Shown here: positions 14,086-27,932 of the stretch, piece by piece
How the letters are laid out: every line of letters begins with the position of its first letter
Position numbering within the stretch: position 1 is the first letter of the stretch
Assembly (NCBI RefSeq): GCF_009914755.1
Contig: NC_060928.1
Strand: one strand, 5' to 3'
Source: the human T2T-CHM13v2.0 reference genome, Homo sapiens
DNA length: 64,000 nucleotides
Program-made: the position numbers and the translations under genes
The notes under the pieces: generated by a model
Told to the model about the DNA's origin: nothing
The model's database searches: none
The model's input: the letters and a program-made list of their open reading frames with translations, nothing else

Positions 14086-15349
14086 ACATGGATATAATTA
14101 TACTGCCAGGCTAATCATAACCACACTATTTTACATGTTACCTAGTATAACTCAGTCTATAATGCAGCAGTTACTCCTGCACCCATCACCTCTGATTCTA
14201 TGTAAATGAAGTCTACAGTTTTCAAAATGATCTATTCAGTATCAAGGCTAGAAAGTCAAAATGGTCCCTTGCAATGAAAAATCAAAAAAATAAAAATAAA
14301 AATGCCTAGCAGAAAGAATCTGCCATTTTTACTGCCTCATCAGCTGAGCATGCTTGTTTTCAACACAATACGTGCAACCGAGAAAACAAACTAGCCAGAC
14401 TCAGAGAACCAAGCCCCACCTAGGCCAAAAGGTTTTTAAGTATTACACAGATATATCTGTGCATACAAACACACAGATAGCCACATACAACTTGTTATTC
14501 AAATCAGCAAGGACTAAGACAGTTACGCTATGCTGTTTATTTAAAAAAACTTCTCTGAGGAGAATTCACAGGAATGTTATTGAACATCCTCAAGATACTG
14601 ATGGCTAAGAGATGAATTATCATTACCACAGTGTAAACAGAAAGACTAGTGAAAATTTCCCAAGTTGCTAAAAACTTCCCTTTATTCAGTTGAAAATGTT
14701 TCTAATTATTTGTAAAAGTGCTAATGTGCTCTTTGATAGTGGGACAGAGGTTTAGACATTTATATCCTCATGTGGAGAAAGTTATACCTGACTGGACTAA
14801 CCGCTGCAACATAATTTTTCTGATTAGCATTGTGTAGAATATAACAATCTAGGCAAGCAGAATGACCTTATCTTCCTTTTGATGTGCATATTTTATTAAG
14901 GGTACAAAAATTTTTCCTTACAATCTTTGATTCAACAGTTCTCTTAAAGATTTAGTTTCAAGATATTTGAAACAAGATGATCAGTGACAAGTTAATTAGA
15001 AAATGTCCTTAGTATTTGAATAGTTTTCATCAAGGAAGATTTTGAAGGGCAATACTTATTTTGAAAATTGTGTTAAATAAATAAAAGTGCTTCTTTTGCT
15101 TCTAGGATCATATTCTAACCTCTATATGCTAGTTTTTACATGCAAAAACTTCTCAAAAATTCTCCCCTCCCCCTTTTCCCTCTTTGCACTAGCAACTGAA
15201 GGAAAACCCTATCATATAGAGGAGATTCCATTCAAAAGTACAAACTACACAGAATTTCTTTAATACAGCTCAAAATACTAAAATTAGATTTACAGCATGT
15301 AACCCCACTCTTATTTTTATGCTTTAGATTTTTAGTAATGTTTGAATTC

Positions 15350-15999
15350 TTTTTTTTTACTATTATTATTGTACTTTAAGTTTTAGGGTACATGTGCACA
15401 ACGTACAGGTTTGTTACATATGTATACATATGCCATGTTGGTGTGCTGCACCCATTAACTCCTCATTTACATTAGGTATATCTCCTAATGCTATCCCTCC
15501 CCCAGACCCCCACCCCACAACAGTCCTCGGTGTGTGATGTTCCCCTTCCTGTGTCCATGTGTTCTCATTGTCCAATTCCCACCTATGAGTGAGAACATGC
15601 AGTGTTTGGTTTTTTTGTCCTTGCAATAGTTTGCTGAGAATGATGGTTTCCAGCTTCATCCATGTTCCTACAAAAGACATGAACTCATCATTTTTTATGG
15701 CTGCATAGTATTCCATGGTGTATATGCGCCACATTTTCTTAATCCAGTCTATCATTGTTGGACATTTGGGTTGGTTCCAAGTTTTTGCTATTGTGAATTG
15801 TGCCACAATAAACATACATGTGCATGTGTCTTTATAGCAGCATGATTTATAATCCTTTGGGTATATACCCAGTAATGAGATGGCTGGGTCAAATGGTATT
15901 TCTAGTTCTAGATCCCTGAGGAATTGCCACACTGACTTCCACAATGGTTGAACTAGTTTACAGTCCCACCAACAGTGTAAAAGTGTTCCTATTTCTCCA
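15350..15999 (-). mobile_element. L1PA (about PA3-4) 3' fragment
   Basis: PolyT, L1 3'UTR and ORF2 C-terminus ([20 protein letters not shown]...). No clear TSD. Confidence 0.95.
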
Positions 16000-16899
16000 T
16001 AATCTATCCCATGCCTAAACAAACATCTAATATCTTTGGTCCAGTTTGAGATTCGACTTAAAAAGAATCCAGAAGACACTTTTGCAGAGACACAGAAAGT
16101 AACAAAGTACAGATGTCATAGAAATTGTAGTCCAGCAGTACCAGGGGAGATGTACTGGCCCAAAGACTCTAATCCTCTAGACTACCTGTAGAGCAAGATA
16201 TCTTTCCATTTATATCATCTCCATATGGTAACTAGTACTCTATGATGCATAGGTAAAATCCGAGGTTCCCTAGCTTTGGAATATTAGATACTATTAAAAG
16301 AGATGAGATTGGGAACATTAATGTCACAAACTAGTTTGCTCAGGAGTTGGGCAGACCTGCTCTCTAACCTAAGCTGTACCACCTGCTGAGTTAGTCTTCT
16401 ACCTCTTGATGCCTCATCTTCCTCAATGAGATTCATCAGTTGAAAATGATCACTTCTAACTTGAAATTCTATAATGTTGAAAGTCGTTATTTTCCTGAAC
16501 TTTCTGTAGAAGTTGCAATGGAAGCCTGGAAAACAAAACAATAGAAAACACTTGTAGTTTTAATAACCTACATAAAATAAAACATTCTCTATGCTACATA
16601 AATAGCATGAAATATTTTCTATGCCAAAAATTATGAGCAAAAGTACAAGAGCAACCTCCCAAATGGAAAAAAAAATTATAAGAAACATTCCAGAGCGTAA
16701 TATCTTCATATATAAAAAATTTACACGAATTCAAAAGAAACACACCATTAAAAAAAAACAGGTAAATAAGACAAAAAAGTGATTTACTAAGGTCAAATTT
16801 TAAATCACGAATAAACTTATGAATAAATGCACTAGACTGCCTGAAAAGCCTACCATTTTTCTTTCCCATACTCTACTTCCCCATATCTTGAAACCTTTC

Positions 16900-18692
16900 T
16901 TTTGTAACTTTAATTTCTTCTCATCACAACTGGCCACCCTTTCTTCTGCATGCAGTCCAATTCTTAATTATGTCTCTTCATTCTCTATTGAGAAATAGAA
17001 ATAATCAGGCAAAAATTCTTCCCAAACAGCAGCAAATCTATACATCTACTTGCATTTGTTCCTGTGTTTTCTATCCTCCTATTACACGAGTTAAACTGTA
17101 GCTATTGCAAGAGCCAGACAAACCCTGTACTTGTTTTCTGAATCCCACATACCCTTATCTTTTCAAGGGCATCTACAAGATACCCCTTCTCATTCCTGTG
17201 TAATCAAGATCTTTCTCTCCAGAATTATTCCAATATCCTAAAAAAAAATAAATCAATAAAACTCACTTATAGTATCACATATCCAAAAAGCAAAGAAAGT
17301 CTATTGCCCAAATTTTCTTGCCTTTATTAACCACCAGATGTCATGCACAAATGATCTGCTCTGGCTGTATTCCTTGCTCCTCGCTTGTTTATTCTTCCAC
17401 TTGCAGCAAGTCAGTGTCTGAACCCACATCTCCACAGAAATTGCTATTGTCAACTCCACTGACCACATGTAGTTCACTATTCTAATAATCACTTCTCTGT
17501 CTCATTTTACTAGCTCTCTCAGCAGCGTTCCTCTCAGTGATGAATCCTGAAAAATTTCTTTCTTTTAGATCAGGGATACCCCATTCATCTAGTTTCCAGG
17601 CTGCTCACTGTCTGATTAATTTCAGTCTCCTGTTCTGGCTCCTCCTTTTTGAACTTGATCTAAATATCACAGTTTCTCAGAGTTTTGCCCTAGACTTCTC
17701 TTCTCTTTTTGGTCTGCTTCTCTAGATGATCTTACATAGTCTCATTCATGGCTTTGAATTTTATCAAAGTGCTGACAACTCCAAGGTCTCTGAATTCATC
17801 TATCTACCTGTCAATTCATATCTTTACTTTTATATTCCATAGAACCTCAAAAATAAAAGATTCCGTCCAAACTTCTTATTTTGGTGTCCCTCACTGCCTG
17901 TTTCTTCCATAGTTTTCCCATCTCAGTAAATGATATCATCAGCCATCAGACTGTTCAAGACAAAACCTAGGAATGAGTCATCTTTGACATCTTTGCATCC
18001 ATAACCCCCACAGGAAATCCAAAGTGAGTCACATGCTTTTTTATTCAAAATATTTAAAAAATAGAAGCACCATCATGTCTCATAAGGTGCATAGCTATAG
18101 TCTTCTACTTTGTCTCTCTACTGTCACTTGAACCACTCTTTTCTACTCTCAACCCAACAGCCAGAAAGTATAACATTTAAAACTCTCCTAAGTCCTCTAG
18201 TTGTACATCTAATAAGATCTGACCACCACACTAAGGCCTGCAAGGCTCCATATGACCCATCCTTTTCTATCATACTAACTTTATGTTACAGTACTTTTTC
18301 CTGCTAATTACACTTTGTGTTTCCTAAATATCAACTTTGTTGCTTTCTCAAGACCTTTACTCTTAAGTTCATCTCTGCCTGACAGGCCCCCCCATCATAG
18401 CATCAAACATGTGGTTCATTCTTTAGACTTTGGATCTAAGTTATTTCCTCAGAAAGTATCTTCTCAGACTACCCATTTAAAATGCCCCGACTCTCAAATC
18501 AAGCAGTTGTTTTTCAACATTTTTTTCTTCATTACTATCTGGAATATTTGTTTACAGTGTTCTTTGTTTACTTGTTTGTCATCTCTCCTACTAGATTATA
18601 AGCTTCTGATTGGCTACATATTTACTGTTTTATGTATCACTTTATATTAGCTACCAGATAATGCAATACATATTTGTTGAATAAATTAGTGA
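16900..18692 (+). mobile_element. L2 long 3' fragment
   Basis: L2 words throughout ('tctagatgatcttacatagtctc...catggcttt', 'cccatctcagtaaatgatatcatc', 'ctagattataagcttctga'), ending 'aatacatatttgttgaataaattagtga'. Confidence 0.75.
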
Positions 18693-19253
18693 GTTGAAAT
18701 CACTTCAGATAGCACAGGAAGAAGCCAATGCGCTACCATTTGAAAGTCTGACATAAAACCTTAAATGTAGCATTACAACATCATATAACTGACTTCTCCC
18801 CTGAGCTCCACGTACATACAAACTGCTTCCTCAGTATTTTTACTTGGGAATCTTGTAGACACAAACTCCACATATTCGACACAGAATTTTTTATTTAAAT
18901 CCCCACCAATACATTTAGTTCCTAATTCCCCCTCTCCCCAAAGATGCTTAAGATAAAACCTAGAAATTAAACACATTTTTGTATATGTATATTATACACA
19001 CACGCATATGTATATCCCATTATATTAAAGTTACATATGCTGGAATATCTATTTGTGGGTCTGTATTTATATGCAGCTATCTATCTGTATTTTAAATAAA
19101 ATATACCGAAGTGTTCATGATGACTTTATTTCCTTGGGCAATGTGGGATTCAGAGTAATTTTGTATACTTCAGAGTATAAAAAATATGTGTTTATACTGT
19201 TTTTTTTCCCTAGGATTTTGTTTCGTTTCTATGGTCTCTTATTTTTTAAAAAG

Positions 19254-19565
19254 TTTATTTATTTATTTATTTATTTACTTGATACAGGGTCTCTCTCTGT
19301 CCCCTAGGCTGGAGTACAGTGCCCAATCATAGCTCACCACAGCCTTGAACTCTTGGGCTCAAGCGATCCTCCCACCTCAGCCTCCTGAGTAGCTACAACT
19401 ACAGGTGTGTGCTACCATGCCTGGCTAATTGTCTTATTTTACATTTTTAGAGACAGAGTCTCACTATGTTGCCTAGGCTGATCTTGAACTCCTGGCTTCA
19501 AGCTATTCTGCTGCCTTCACCTCCTAAAGCACTGGGATTACAGGCATGACCCACTACACCTGGCC
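19254..19565 (-). mobile_element. AluJ
   Basis: (TTTA)n tail; 'caatcatagctcaccacagccttgaactcttgggctcaagcgatcctccc' J-type diagnostics; ends ...cctggcc. Confidence 0.93.
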
Positions 19566-19867
19566 ATGTGTCATTTTAATAGAAAAAAGTAAAACCTTAA
19601 AAAATGGAGGATTCTATAAATTTATGGACTATGGTACTGAGAAGAGGATTACTAAATTTTTCCAGTTCAATAGTACAGATTTCTATACTATTATATAGAT
19701 TTAACTGGATCCAGTTAAATCTATGATAGTACAGAAATCTAGAAAAAATGACAATTTTGTATGCCATATTTTGGGATGTCATTGTTATTGTGTATGTAAA
19801 GGAAAATGAAAAGTTAACTGTAAGCTGCAAGAGCAGAATTATGATTTTCCTAAAAGATAAAACTCTC

Positions 19868-19904
19868 TATGTATATGTGTGTGTATATATATATATATAT
19901 ATAT
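19868..19904. repeat. (TG)n(TA)n microsatellite
   Basis: tatgtatatgtgtgtgtatatatatatatatatata. Confidence 0.85.
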
Positions 19905-20255
19905 AATTTCTAAAGTAATATTCAAATTACTTTTGTATCATTACCACCAAATTTGTAGAAAACAAAACAAATAGAGTTCTACCAGGAAATTACATCTTTT
20001 AAAACTATTGATTATCATTGTAAAGACAATACGTTAGTTAGTGTAGCCAGCAATCATATTATACTATTTTTGCAAGATGTGGGGTAACTGCCTTGAATGG
20101 TCAGGTTGCTGGTGCATTTGCTGGTAGCTTGATCTGCAAGTAGAGAAAAAAGTTTGGATTAAATCAATTATTTTTGGAGAATCCCTGCTTTATTTTCAAA
20201 TTTATTAAGATATATTTTTAGAATATATCCTACACTTTGTTAGGGATAGTATTTC

Positions 20256-20965
20256 CTTTTCTCTTTTCTTCAACTTTTATTTTAAGTTCAGGGGTACATG
20301 TGCCATGGTAGTTTGCCACACAGATCATCCCATCCCCTAGGTATTAAGCCCAGCATCCATTTGCTATTCTTCCTGATGCTCTCCCCCATCCTGTCTCTGA
20401 CAAACCCTAGTGTGTGTTCTTCCCCCATGTTTCCATGTGTTCTCATCATTCAGCAACCACTTCTAAGTGAGAATATGCCGTGTTTGGTTTTTCTGTTCCT
20501 GTGTTAGTTTCCTAAGTATAATGGCTTCCAACTCCATCCGTGTCCCTGCAACGGACATGATCTTGCTTTTTATGCCTGCGTAGTATTCCATGGTGTTTAT
20601 GTACCACATTTTCTTTATCTAGTTCATCATTGATGGGCATTTAGGTTGATTCCATGTCTTTGCTATCATGGCTGGTGCTTCAATGAACATACGCGTGCAT
20701 GTATCTTCATAACAGAATGATTTCTATTCCTTTGGGTATATACTCAGTAATGGGATTGCTAAGTCAAATAGTATTTCTGCCTCTAGGTCACTGAGGAATT
20801 GCCACACTGTCTTTCACAAAGGTTGAACTAATTTACACTCCGACCAATAGTGTAAGTGTTCCTTTAACTCCACAACCTCGCCAGCATCTGTTTTTGTTTG
20901 TTTGTTTGTTTTTTGACCTTTTAATAATTGCCATTCTGACTGGCATGAGATGGTATCTCATTGAC
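20256..20965 (-). mobile_element. Older L1PA (about PA10-13) 3' fragment with 12-bp TSD
   Basis: L1 3'UTR/ORF2 end antisense; TSD ggatagtatttc at 20244-20255 and 20966-20977. Confidence 0.92.
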
Positions 20966-21243
20966 GGATAGTATTTCTATGTGATAAGCATCACATTGCT
21001 TGTTAAGAGTGATCATATGGATATATGTAACACTTCAAGTTGGTGGAGACTACCATTTCTAGGGAGAAGAAGCAGAAAATAAAGTAAAGAGCATTGTATA
21101 AAGAATCACATGTGCTGCGATGAGGATTTTGGATATTACTCACAAGTCCAGTGGTTTTCAACCTGTGCTCCCATGAGCAATTAGGTGTCTCTCAGGGGGA
21201 ACATCACTTTAAAGCAGCTCAAAATAGACTAAGCACTTGGTCC

Positions 21244-21666
21244 TTGTCAGTTCTGGTCCTCTGAGAATCAAATTTCAAGACAAGTTTAGACATAAAGGAT
21301 GTTCTTGGGGAGCTATGAAGGATGAAGGGAAGGCAGCAGGAGCAGGCGGGTGGAGATATTTAGACCACAATGCTGGTTTGTGAAAAGAGAGAGGAAAGAA
21401 GAATTGAATAGGAAGAGCCAAACTGCAAAACTGCAAGAAAGTCTTACCTCACCCATGAAGTGTCTCTTAGCCAAAGTTGCCAAAGAGAGAGACTGCATTT
21501 TCACGAATGGGACAGCACTAGTATGCACGCTGTGCTTACTCACTGGCTGTAACTAGACTGGTAGAAAGATGGCCTCGGTACAAATATGGTGGATCTGCAG
21601 TCAACCATGCTTCTCCAACAGGTTTTCTAGAAGGAGATCCAAGCAGTACCCACTCCATGGCCGCCA
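21244..21666 (-). mobile_element. ERVL-class solo LTR (LTR16E/LTR33/LTR41-like)
   Basis: 'tttagaccacaatgctgg...aggaagagcc...agaaagtctt...gcttactcactggctg...gaaggagatcc...ctccatggccgcca' follows an ERVL LTR antisense motif order. Confidence 0.6.
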
Positions 21667-21814
21667 ATTCTCACCATGCCCATTTCACAAGAGCTGCTAC
21701 ATTTTTGTTTGGTTTATAATTATGTTTTGACTAAGATTACATTTAACCCAAAGGCTCCATTTTCATTCATCAACAAATGTTTATCAAAATGTACTGCACA
21801 TTGGTATTAACTAA

Positions 21815-22260
21815 TATCTTAGCTATATTACAAAGATACTGCATCAAAAATAAACAAGAAATTCAGCAGCTTGAAATATTAATTATTATCCCAGTCACAA
21901 GTTGGCTGGGACTGTTCTGCTTCATTATGCACACCTACAGAATCACTGGAATAAATTGGTTCCATCATTCCAGTGATGGAATGATGAATGGGCATCAGTT
22001 TCCCAGTAGAAACTCTAGACAGAGGGAGGGTAAGAACACCAGAGGGGAGGGTAGAGCACATAGAACCTCTTATGACTGGGTTTGGTGCTGTATTCCTGTC
22101 ATTCTGCCCACATTGCATTGGCCAAAGCAAGTCATGTGGCCAAGGCCAACATCAATGTGTTAGGAAAGCATATTGCCTCTAAAGGAGGGAATATAAAACC
22201 ACTTGGTAAATGGATACAGCAAGGAGCAAAGAATTGAAAACAGAAATGCAGTCTACCACA
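21815..22260 (-). mobile_element. MLT1 (MaLR) LTR, inserted in an L2 3' end
   Basis: 'cacattgcattggccaaagcaagtcatgtggccaaggccaacatcaatg' and the terminal 'gcagtctaccaca' are typical of MLT1J/K antisense. Confidence 0.8.
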
Positions 22261-23084
22261 GTTAGGCGGTTCAAAGGATTGAACAAGAAAGACAAGGTTT
22301 TTGCTCCTTATAGAAATCAGTCTAGTAGGGAGATTAAAACTATAAGTAGAGTGGTGTGGGCTTATAGCACATATTAGATTTGAGAATTATAAGGACTCTG
22401 TAGAAACCTAAAGCTACTTTTGAAGATGAGTTCTAAAAGAGACAATAAAAATAAAGAAAGAAAAGATCCAAGGACAGAATCACGGATTTAAGAGATGGTA
22501 AAGAATTAGGATCTCCTGAAAGAGATGGTAAGGAAAGGGCCAGATAGATAAAAATAAAACCATAAACATGAAAGAAATAATTGAAATCAAGAAAGAAGTG
22601 ATTTTCCAAAAGTCGAGTAATATACCAAAATCCTCCAAACAGTTCAAGAAGATTGTGGGCTGTCAAGGGTCCACCTGATGTGGCTATTAAGAAGTTGTTA
22701 GTGATGTCGATGATAACATCAATGGAGTGATGGGACTAGAAACTAGACTGAAGTTGGTTGAGAAAAATAGAAACAGTGAATATGGTCTCCTAAGTTCATA
22801 AACTTAGTTACAGAGGGAATGAAAGTGACCAGAAAGTTGAAAAGGCTTAAATAGATTAGTATAGAGGAAGGGATATAAGGTAAAACATAAGATCCTCTAT
22901 GAACAAACCATTTTTTTTCCCTCAATTTTTATATCCTGTTTGTTCTCCCCTTCAAACTGCTTAATCACTTAGAGTTCCTCAAATACGCCATACAGTTATA
23001 CTTGGACAAGCTATTTTCTGTGTTTTTCCCTGCTTGAAGGGACTTTTCGCAGTAAGGTATGTTCTTGTTTTCCTACATATCTTT

Positions 23085-23350
23085 ACAGGAACAAGTACAA
23101 ATATTTATGAATACCTACTATGCACTAACCACTGTGTTAGAGACATAAAAACAATTGTCTTAATGAACCATCACATAAACTCTGTATTGTAGGCATAATT
23201 ATCCCCATTTTAGAGGTAAAAAACTGGACTTGGAAAGATATAATGACTTGTCCAGATACACATCTCGTACCTGGTGGGTTAGAAATTTGAATGTATTACT
23301 CTCTCCAAAGTTTGTGTTCTAGTCTCAATTTCATTAAACATATACCACTT
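23085..23350 (-). mobile_element. L2 3' end and MIR fragments
   Basis: 'caaatatttatgaatacctactatgcac' (L2 tail) and 'attatccccattttagaggtaaaaaactgg...aatgacttgtcc' (MIR). Confidence 0.6.
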
Positions 23351-25664
23351 TGTAAAAGATCTCCTGTCTGAGGGTGTGATCCCTCCTATAAGCAGTGGGG
23401 CAGATGGAGGAGGTTTTGCATTAAAATTGATTAGTGTTGATCTTGCCATCCTTTGAAACACAGACATATCTCGCATATGTCAACTACAGCACTTATTACA
23501 CTGTTTTGTAACATTAAAAAGTATATGAAGTACTCTTGCCGGCAATAAAGAGGCATATAAGTATTGAAGTAGGGGTGAGAAAGCAAAAGCACTTGTGTTA
23601 ATGGGGAGGGTGCATTCGAAAGGAAGAGACTAGAAGCAGAGAGATAACTAATAATTTATAAATCCAAATGAGATAAATGAGGGCCTACCTAAAGCTGTCA
23701 TAGAGAGCCCGGAAACAAGAGGAAATAATCGAAGGAGGTTTAAGAAACAGAATCACTAGGACTTGGCCAGTTGGCTGGGAGGAGAGTGATGACACACAGT
23801 TTTCTAGCTGAATGGATTGAATGGATTGATGTATCTCAATGAAAATGGAAATATGGGAGAGAGAACAGATTTGAGAAGGAAGTGTGGAGCCAACTATGAA
23901 ATATGTGTGAGATATGGAGGAGGGGGAAAGAGACCACAACAAAGAGATCCTGAGTCAGTATATTTACAACCAAGTCTGAGAAGTTTTTTATCCAATACTC
24001 ATTTAATCTACAAAGGACTTTTAGTTCCTAACTGTTATCTGTGGATTTTGACTCAGAAGAAGCTGGCAACCAAATAAATTTATATATAAGATTTATCAAA
24101 AGAACACTATTTCTCAAGGTTTCCATGGCAAAATTAAGATATATTCTTCAAAAATATTTCATTTTAGTTAGAAAATAAACTTTTTAATTTCTATTGTATT
24201 TTAGTTTTGTGTTGCTGAAATGTTATATATTTAATGCTCACCAGCATCACCTCTACCCAATGGTTTCATGGTTCTTCGATAATAATGACATAACAATCTG
24301 GGTGTTGCTTTCTGGATTCCTTTCGCATCTAAAAACTAGGACAGCCCTTTAGGATTGACTACAAGCCTCAGGGAACACACAATTGCCATTTGGTAAAGGA
24401 CAGAGCATAGCATAATTCTAGATGACATTGTGCCAGAATTTGAGCAGTGAAATGATGTCACATTCCACACAGTCATATTTATCACTTTCCCTCTTGGTAC
24501 TGACATTGTTTGTAACTTTGAAATATTTTGTGCTATGTTGAAGTTTAAAATAAAAAGACAGGTCATACTAATGAGTTTGCAATCTACCTCTATTTTTTTT
24601 GTTGTTGTTGTTAAATACTGTCATGACACAAAACACTGAAGCCATTCTCTATTAAAGATTCTGTATTCATCACCATATATATTATTAGATCTTTAGGGAA
24701 GTTAATTGAAGTGGTGAAAATGTATTGAGGAGATTTATAAAAAGTGAAATTGTCCCTGCCAAAGTTTCAGCAAGAAGAGTTTGGTCATTAGTGCTCTCTA
24801 GTGGAGCAGGGATTTTGTGCTTAACTTTTCAGACATGTTTCAGAAAGCTGTTTTTCCAGCAAATCTCTTCTACTGCTCAGCATGGCCTGAAGCTCAGGGT
24901 CTTTATATGCTGTACTGAACGTGGGGTCATAAGGTGTTGGCAATGAGTTTTTGAGCATTCTGGACTTTAAAGCTGCCACTCTATTTATCCTATCTGTTTT
25001 GGAAGTGAGTGATGTTTCATCCTGTTACTTTGTTGAGGACCATGAATATGCACATTTATCTTTCATGCTCTAGGAAATACTGGGACAAGATAACTTCAGC
25101 ACCAGACCTAATTGTTGTAGCATACTGCATGCTTTTATTTTATTACTCATAAGTTATAGGTAATTATTATTCTAAATTTATTAAATTTTAAACATTTATT
25201 ACTCAAATTAAAAATAAGCAAAAATTATAGCAGGGAAGAATAACTTCTGAGTCCAAAGCAAATTACTTTGATAAAACTATGTTTCTTAGATTAATCTGAG
25301 TCTGAACTGAGAAAAAAAATTGTAAATCCTTTCTGGCAAATGAACACAGGGAAAACTATCTGGAAGAATACTGCTGGTACTAATTTAACAAAGCACTCAG
25401 ATTTTTCCAAGTTGACTTTAATTGGAGTACTGCATAATTTAGCACATTAGTGAAAAACTTAAATGAATGATGTGGAAACAAATGTTTAAAGGTGCCTTTT
25501 GAAAAAAATTTAATGTGGAAGAATCCTGGCAGGGTAACTTATATTTTGGATACTTTAGGTCATTTGCACATTATAAAACTAAGTGGCGAATTTGCATTTG
25601 TAAAACAAATTTTGGTGCTTAAATTTCCAAATCAGTAGTTTTTTTTTCTCTCTCTCCCTCCCTA

Positions 25665-25689
25665 CACACACACACACACACACACACAC
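25665..25689. repeat. (CA)n microsatellite
   Basis: About 12 CA units. Confidence 0.95.
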
Positions 25690-26883
25690 TTTTGAACTAG
25701 TTCAGAGTTTCTTACACTCTTATTCATTACATTTATTTCCTATAATTCTATTGCTTTAGAGCTTCCATTAATAGTTCTTACCTCATCATGCATCAGTGCA
25801 ACAGTGCAGCTTCACTTCTTTTTTCACCAGTGCTTTTCTTCCCATCACTAAGACGCTACTTTAGTCTTTGCTTTTAGGCAAAGAAATTTATTCTATAGAA
25901 CAAAATTTGTCAAATAGAAAGCAATGGTGTGCAGTGAATTTGAAAGACAAGACAGAGGTTTAGTAAGAATAAAAAAAAAGTTGATGGTTGGATGGCTAAG
26001 ATAAAGAGGAAGAGGTGGAGGTGAGGCTTGAGTTGGACCTTTCAAAAGACAGGAGCCAGCACAGGGCAAAGGAGGGCAAGGGAATGGAATGTAGCCTGAA
26101 TGCAGGGGAGCAGGCGAGAGCTGTTTCAAGGAATACCGCATACCAAAGAAATATATCACTTTAAAAAATTACTTTCCCTCTACATCAGCTGACAGAGACC
26201 AAGCATCCTGGACCTTGGGCCTCTGGTGATTTCTATTTTTCAACAACCCTCATGTCAAAGTATTTCTGCTGTCTGAATAGCAATCTCCATATAAAGGCCA
26301 GCTTCACTATATAAATAGCATGCAAGAACAGTTCTTATGGTGTTGTATTTTATACTGGCAGTATGGTTAGGCTACTTTGCCAACTACCATGGTTTTATTT
26401 TATCAACACAGTCTATACCTCTACTCAAAATATTCCTTTCTATTGTTTCTATGATTTTTCATTCCATGTAATTCACCCTACCCACATCTGCAATTCTATA
26501 AATAATTACCTAGAGGAACATGGTTCAGATCAACCCTCAGATCACACTAAAGACTATGAAAGCCGTGATTAATAGGAGTTGAACCCCTGGAGACCTTTTC
26601 TTAGTGAGAAATTTTCTTGTGTCTCCTCTAGCTTACTCAGCCATATTAAAAACTCTGGTGACAGAAAATTATTAATTCTGTGGCTTTCACCTACAACTCC
26701 TAGCATCTGAAAAGACTTGCTCAGTGCTCTAAGCAGGACCAGGAAGGATCCTGACTCCATAGGGAACTCTTTGCCCAACACCTATGAGCACCAAACATTT
26801 CCATGGATAGAGTGTCCTGAATGAAAAATGTTTTTCATCCTTTCCAAAAAGAATTTGACAAAGTTTCATAAACGCCAGAAGTA

Positions 26884-27010
26884 TGATTTATGGCAGCTAA
26901 TGCTGGGACAGATTCCTCTAGAGCCTAGTGAAATAGGGGGTGCACTTATCTAACATATGGGCGTGAGACCTGGCTGCAGTGCTAGGCACCATCTCTGACT
27001 CAGTGTTTAC
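26884..27010. promoter_or_regulatory. Putative enhancer motif cluster (PBX-HOX, GATA, AP-1, FOX)
   Basis: TGATTTATGGC 26884-26894, CTTATCT 26945-26951, TGACTCA 26996-27002 and TGTTTAC 27004-27010 in non-repetitive-looking DNA. Motif matches only. Confidence 0.3.
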
Positions 27011-27687
27011 CTCCAGCACTGCTTTCTAATGACCAAGGGAGAGAGAAGTAAGTCTTAGAAGCAGAGTTGCACCTTTAAAAATCCGTATGTGGTGCCTTTT
27101 AAAAAAAAGTTCTATATAGTGTGGAACATCAAAAATGTGCTAGGGTGAGAAGAATGATATGTAGAACCTAGCTTCTAATAATTACTTTTTCTTCATCCAC
27201 TGATCTCGCTTTCTCGCTTCCCTCTTATATTAAGTGGTATGGGGAAATTGCTTGAAAAGGATCCTTGCAGCCTCTTCTTTCTGCCTACTCTTTAGTCTCC
27301 TTCTGTTTCATGAATTGAGCTCTTTTGTCCATGGCTTATCTGAATATTATGTTGCATGTCCCAGATTTCTGCTTCTGTCCTATTCCTATATCATGGAATA
27401 TTTAAGAGTCCAAACATGGAATTTTTGTAGAGAGTCTCTGGCAATTTAAAATAGATTGTTTGGAAAGATAAATGATGGCAAGCACGATTGAATAAAATAA
27501 TACATGTTAACTATTAAAGTATATAATTGGATGATAAAAACTGTAGTTTCTTATGTTATTAAAAATGCACTGGTGAATTTTTTGGTGTTATGAAGATTGT
27601 ATGTTTTTTTCCACATTGAAAGCAGGAATAAAAATATGTGTAATTATGGCATAAGTACAAACAGAATTGTTAAAGTAGTAGCTATAA

Positions 27688-27840
27688 TGGGCATGGTGGT
27701 ACATGCCTGTAATCCCAGATACTCAGGAGGCTGAAGAAAGAGAATCACTTGAGCCTGGGAGGCAGAGGCTGCAGTGAGATGAGATCACACCACTGCAGTC
27801 CAGCCTGGGTGACAGAATGAGACTCTGTCTCAAAAAAAAA
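27688..27840 (+). mobile_element. Alu right monomer only (5'-truncated Alu or FRAM-like)
   Basis: tgggcatggtggtacatgcctgtaatcccag...gagactctgtctcaaaaaaaaa; possible TSD aaagtag. Confidence 0.9.
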
Positions 27841-27932
27841 GTAGCAATTTAGTATGTCATCAGAAGTTTGATAACAAACAAGCATATTATTATTTTTATT
27901 AATATATCAGATATTCTGCTCTTGGTGAAGCC

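Noticed and set aside
24448-24508. C/D-box snoRNA candidate (ATGATGT...CTGA)
   Set aside because: The C box is imperfect, the interval is short and there is no convincing terminal stem or guide.
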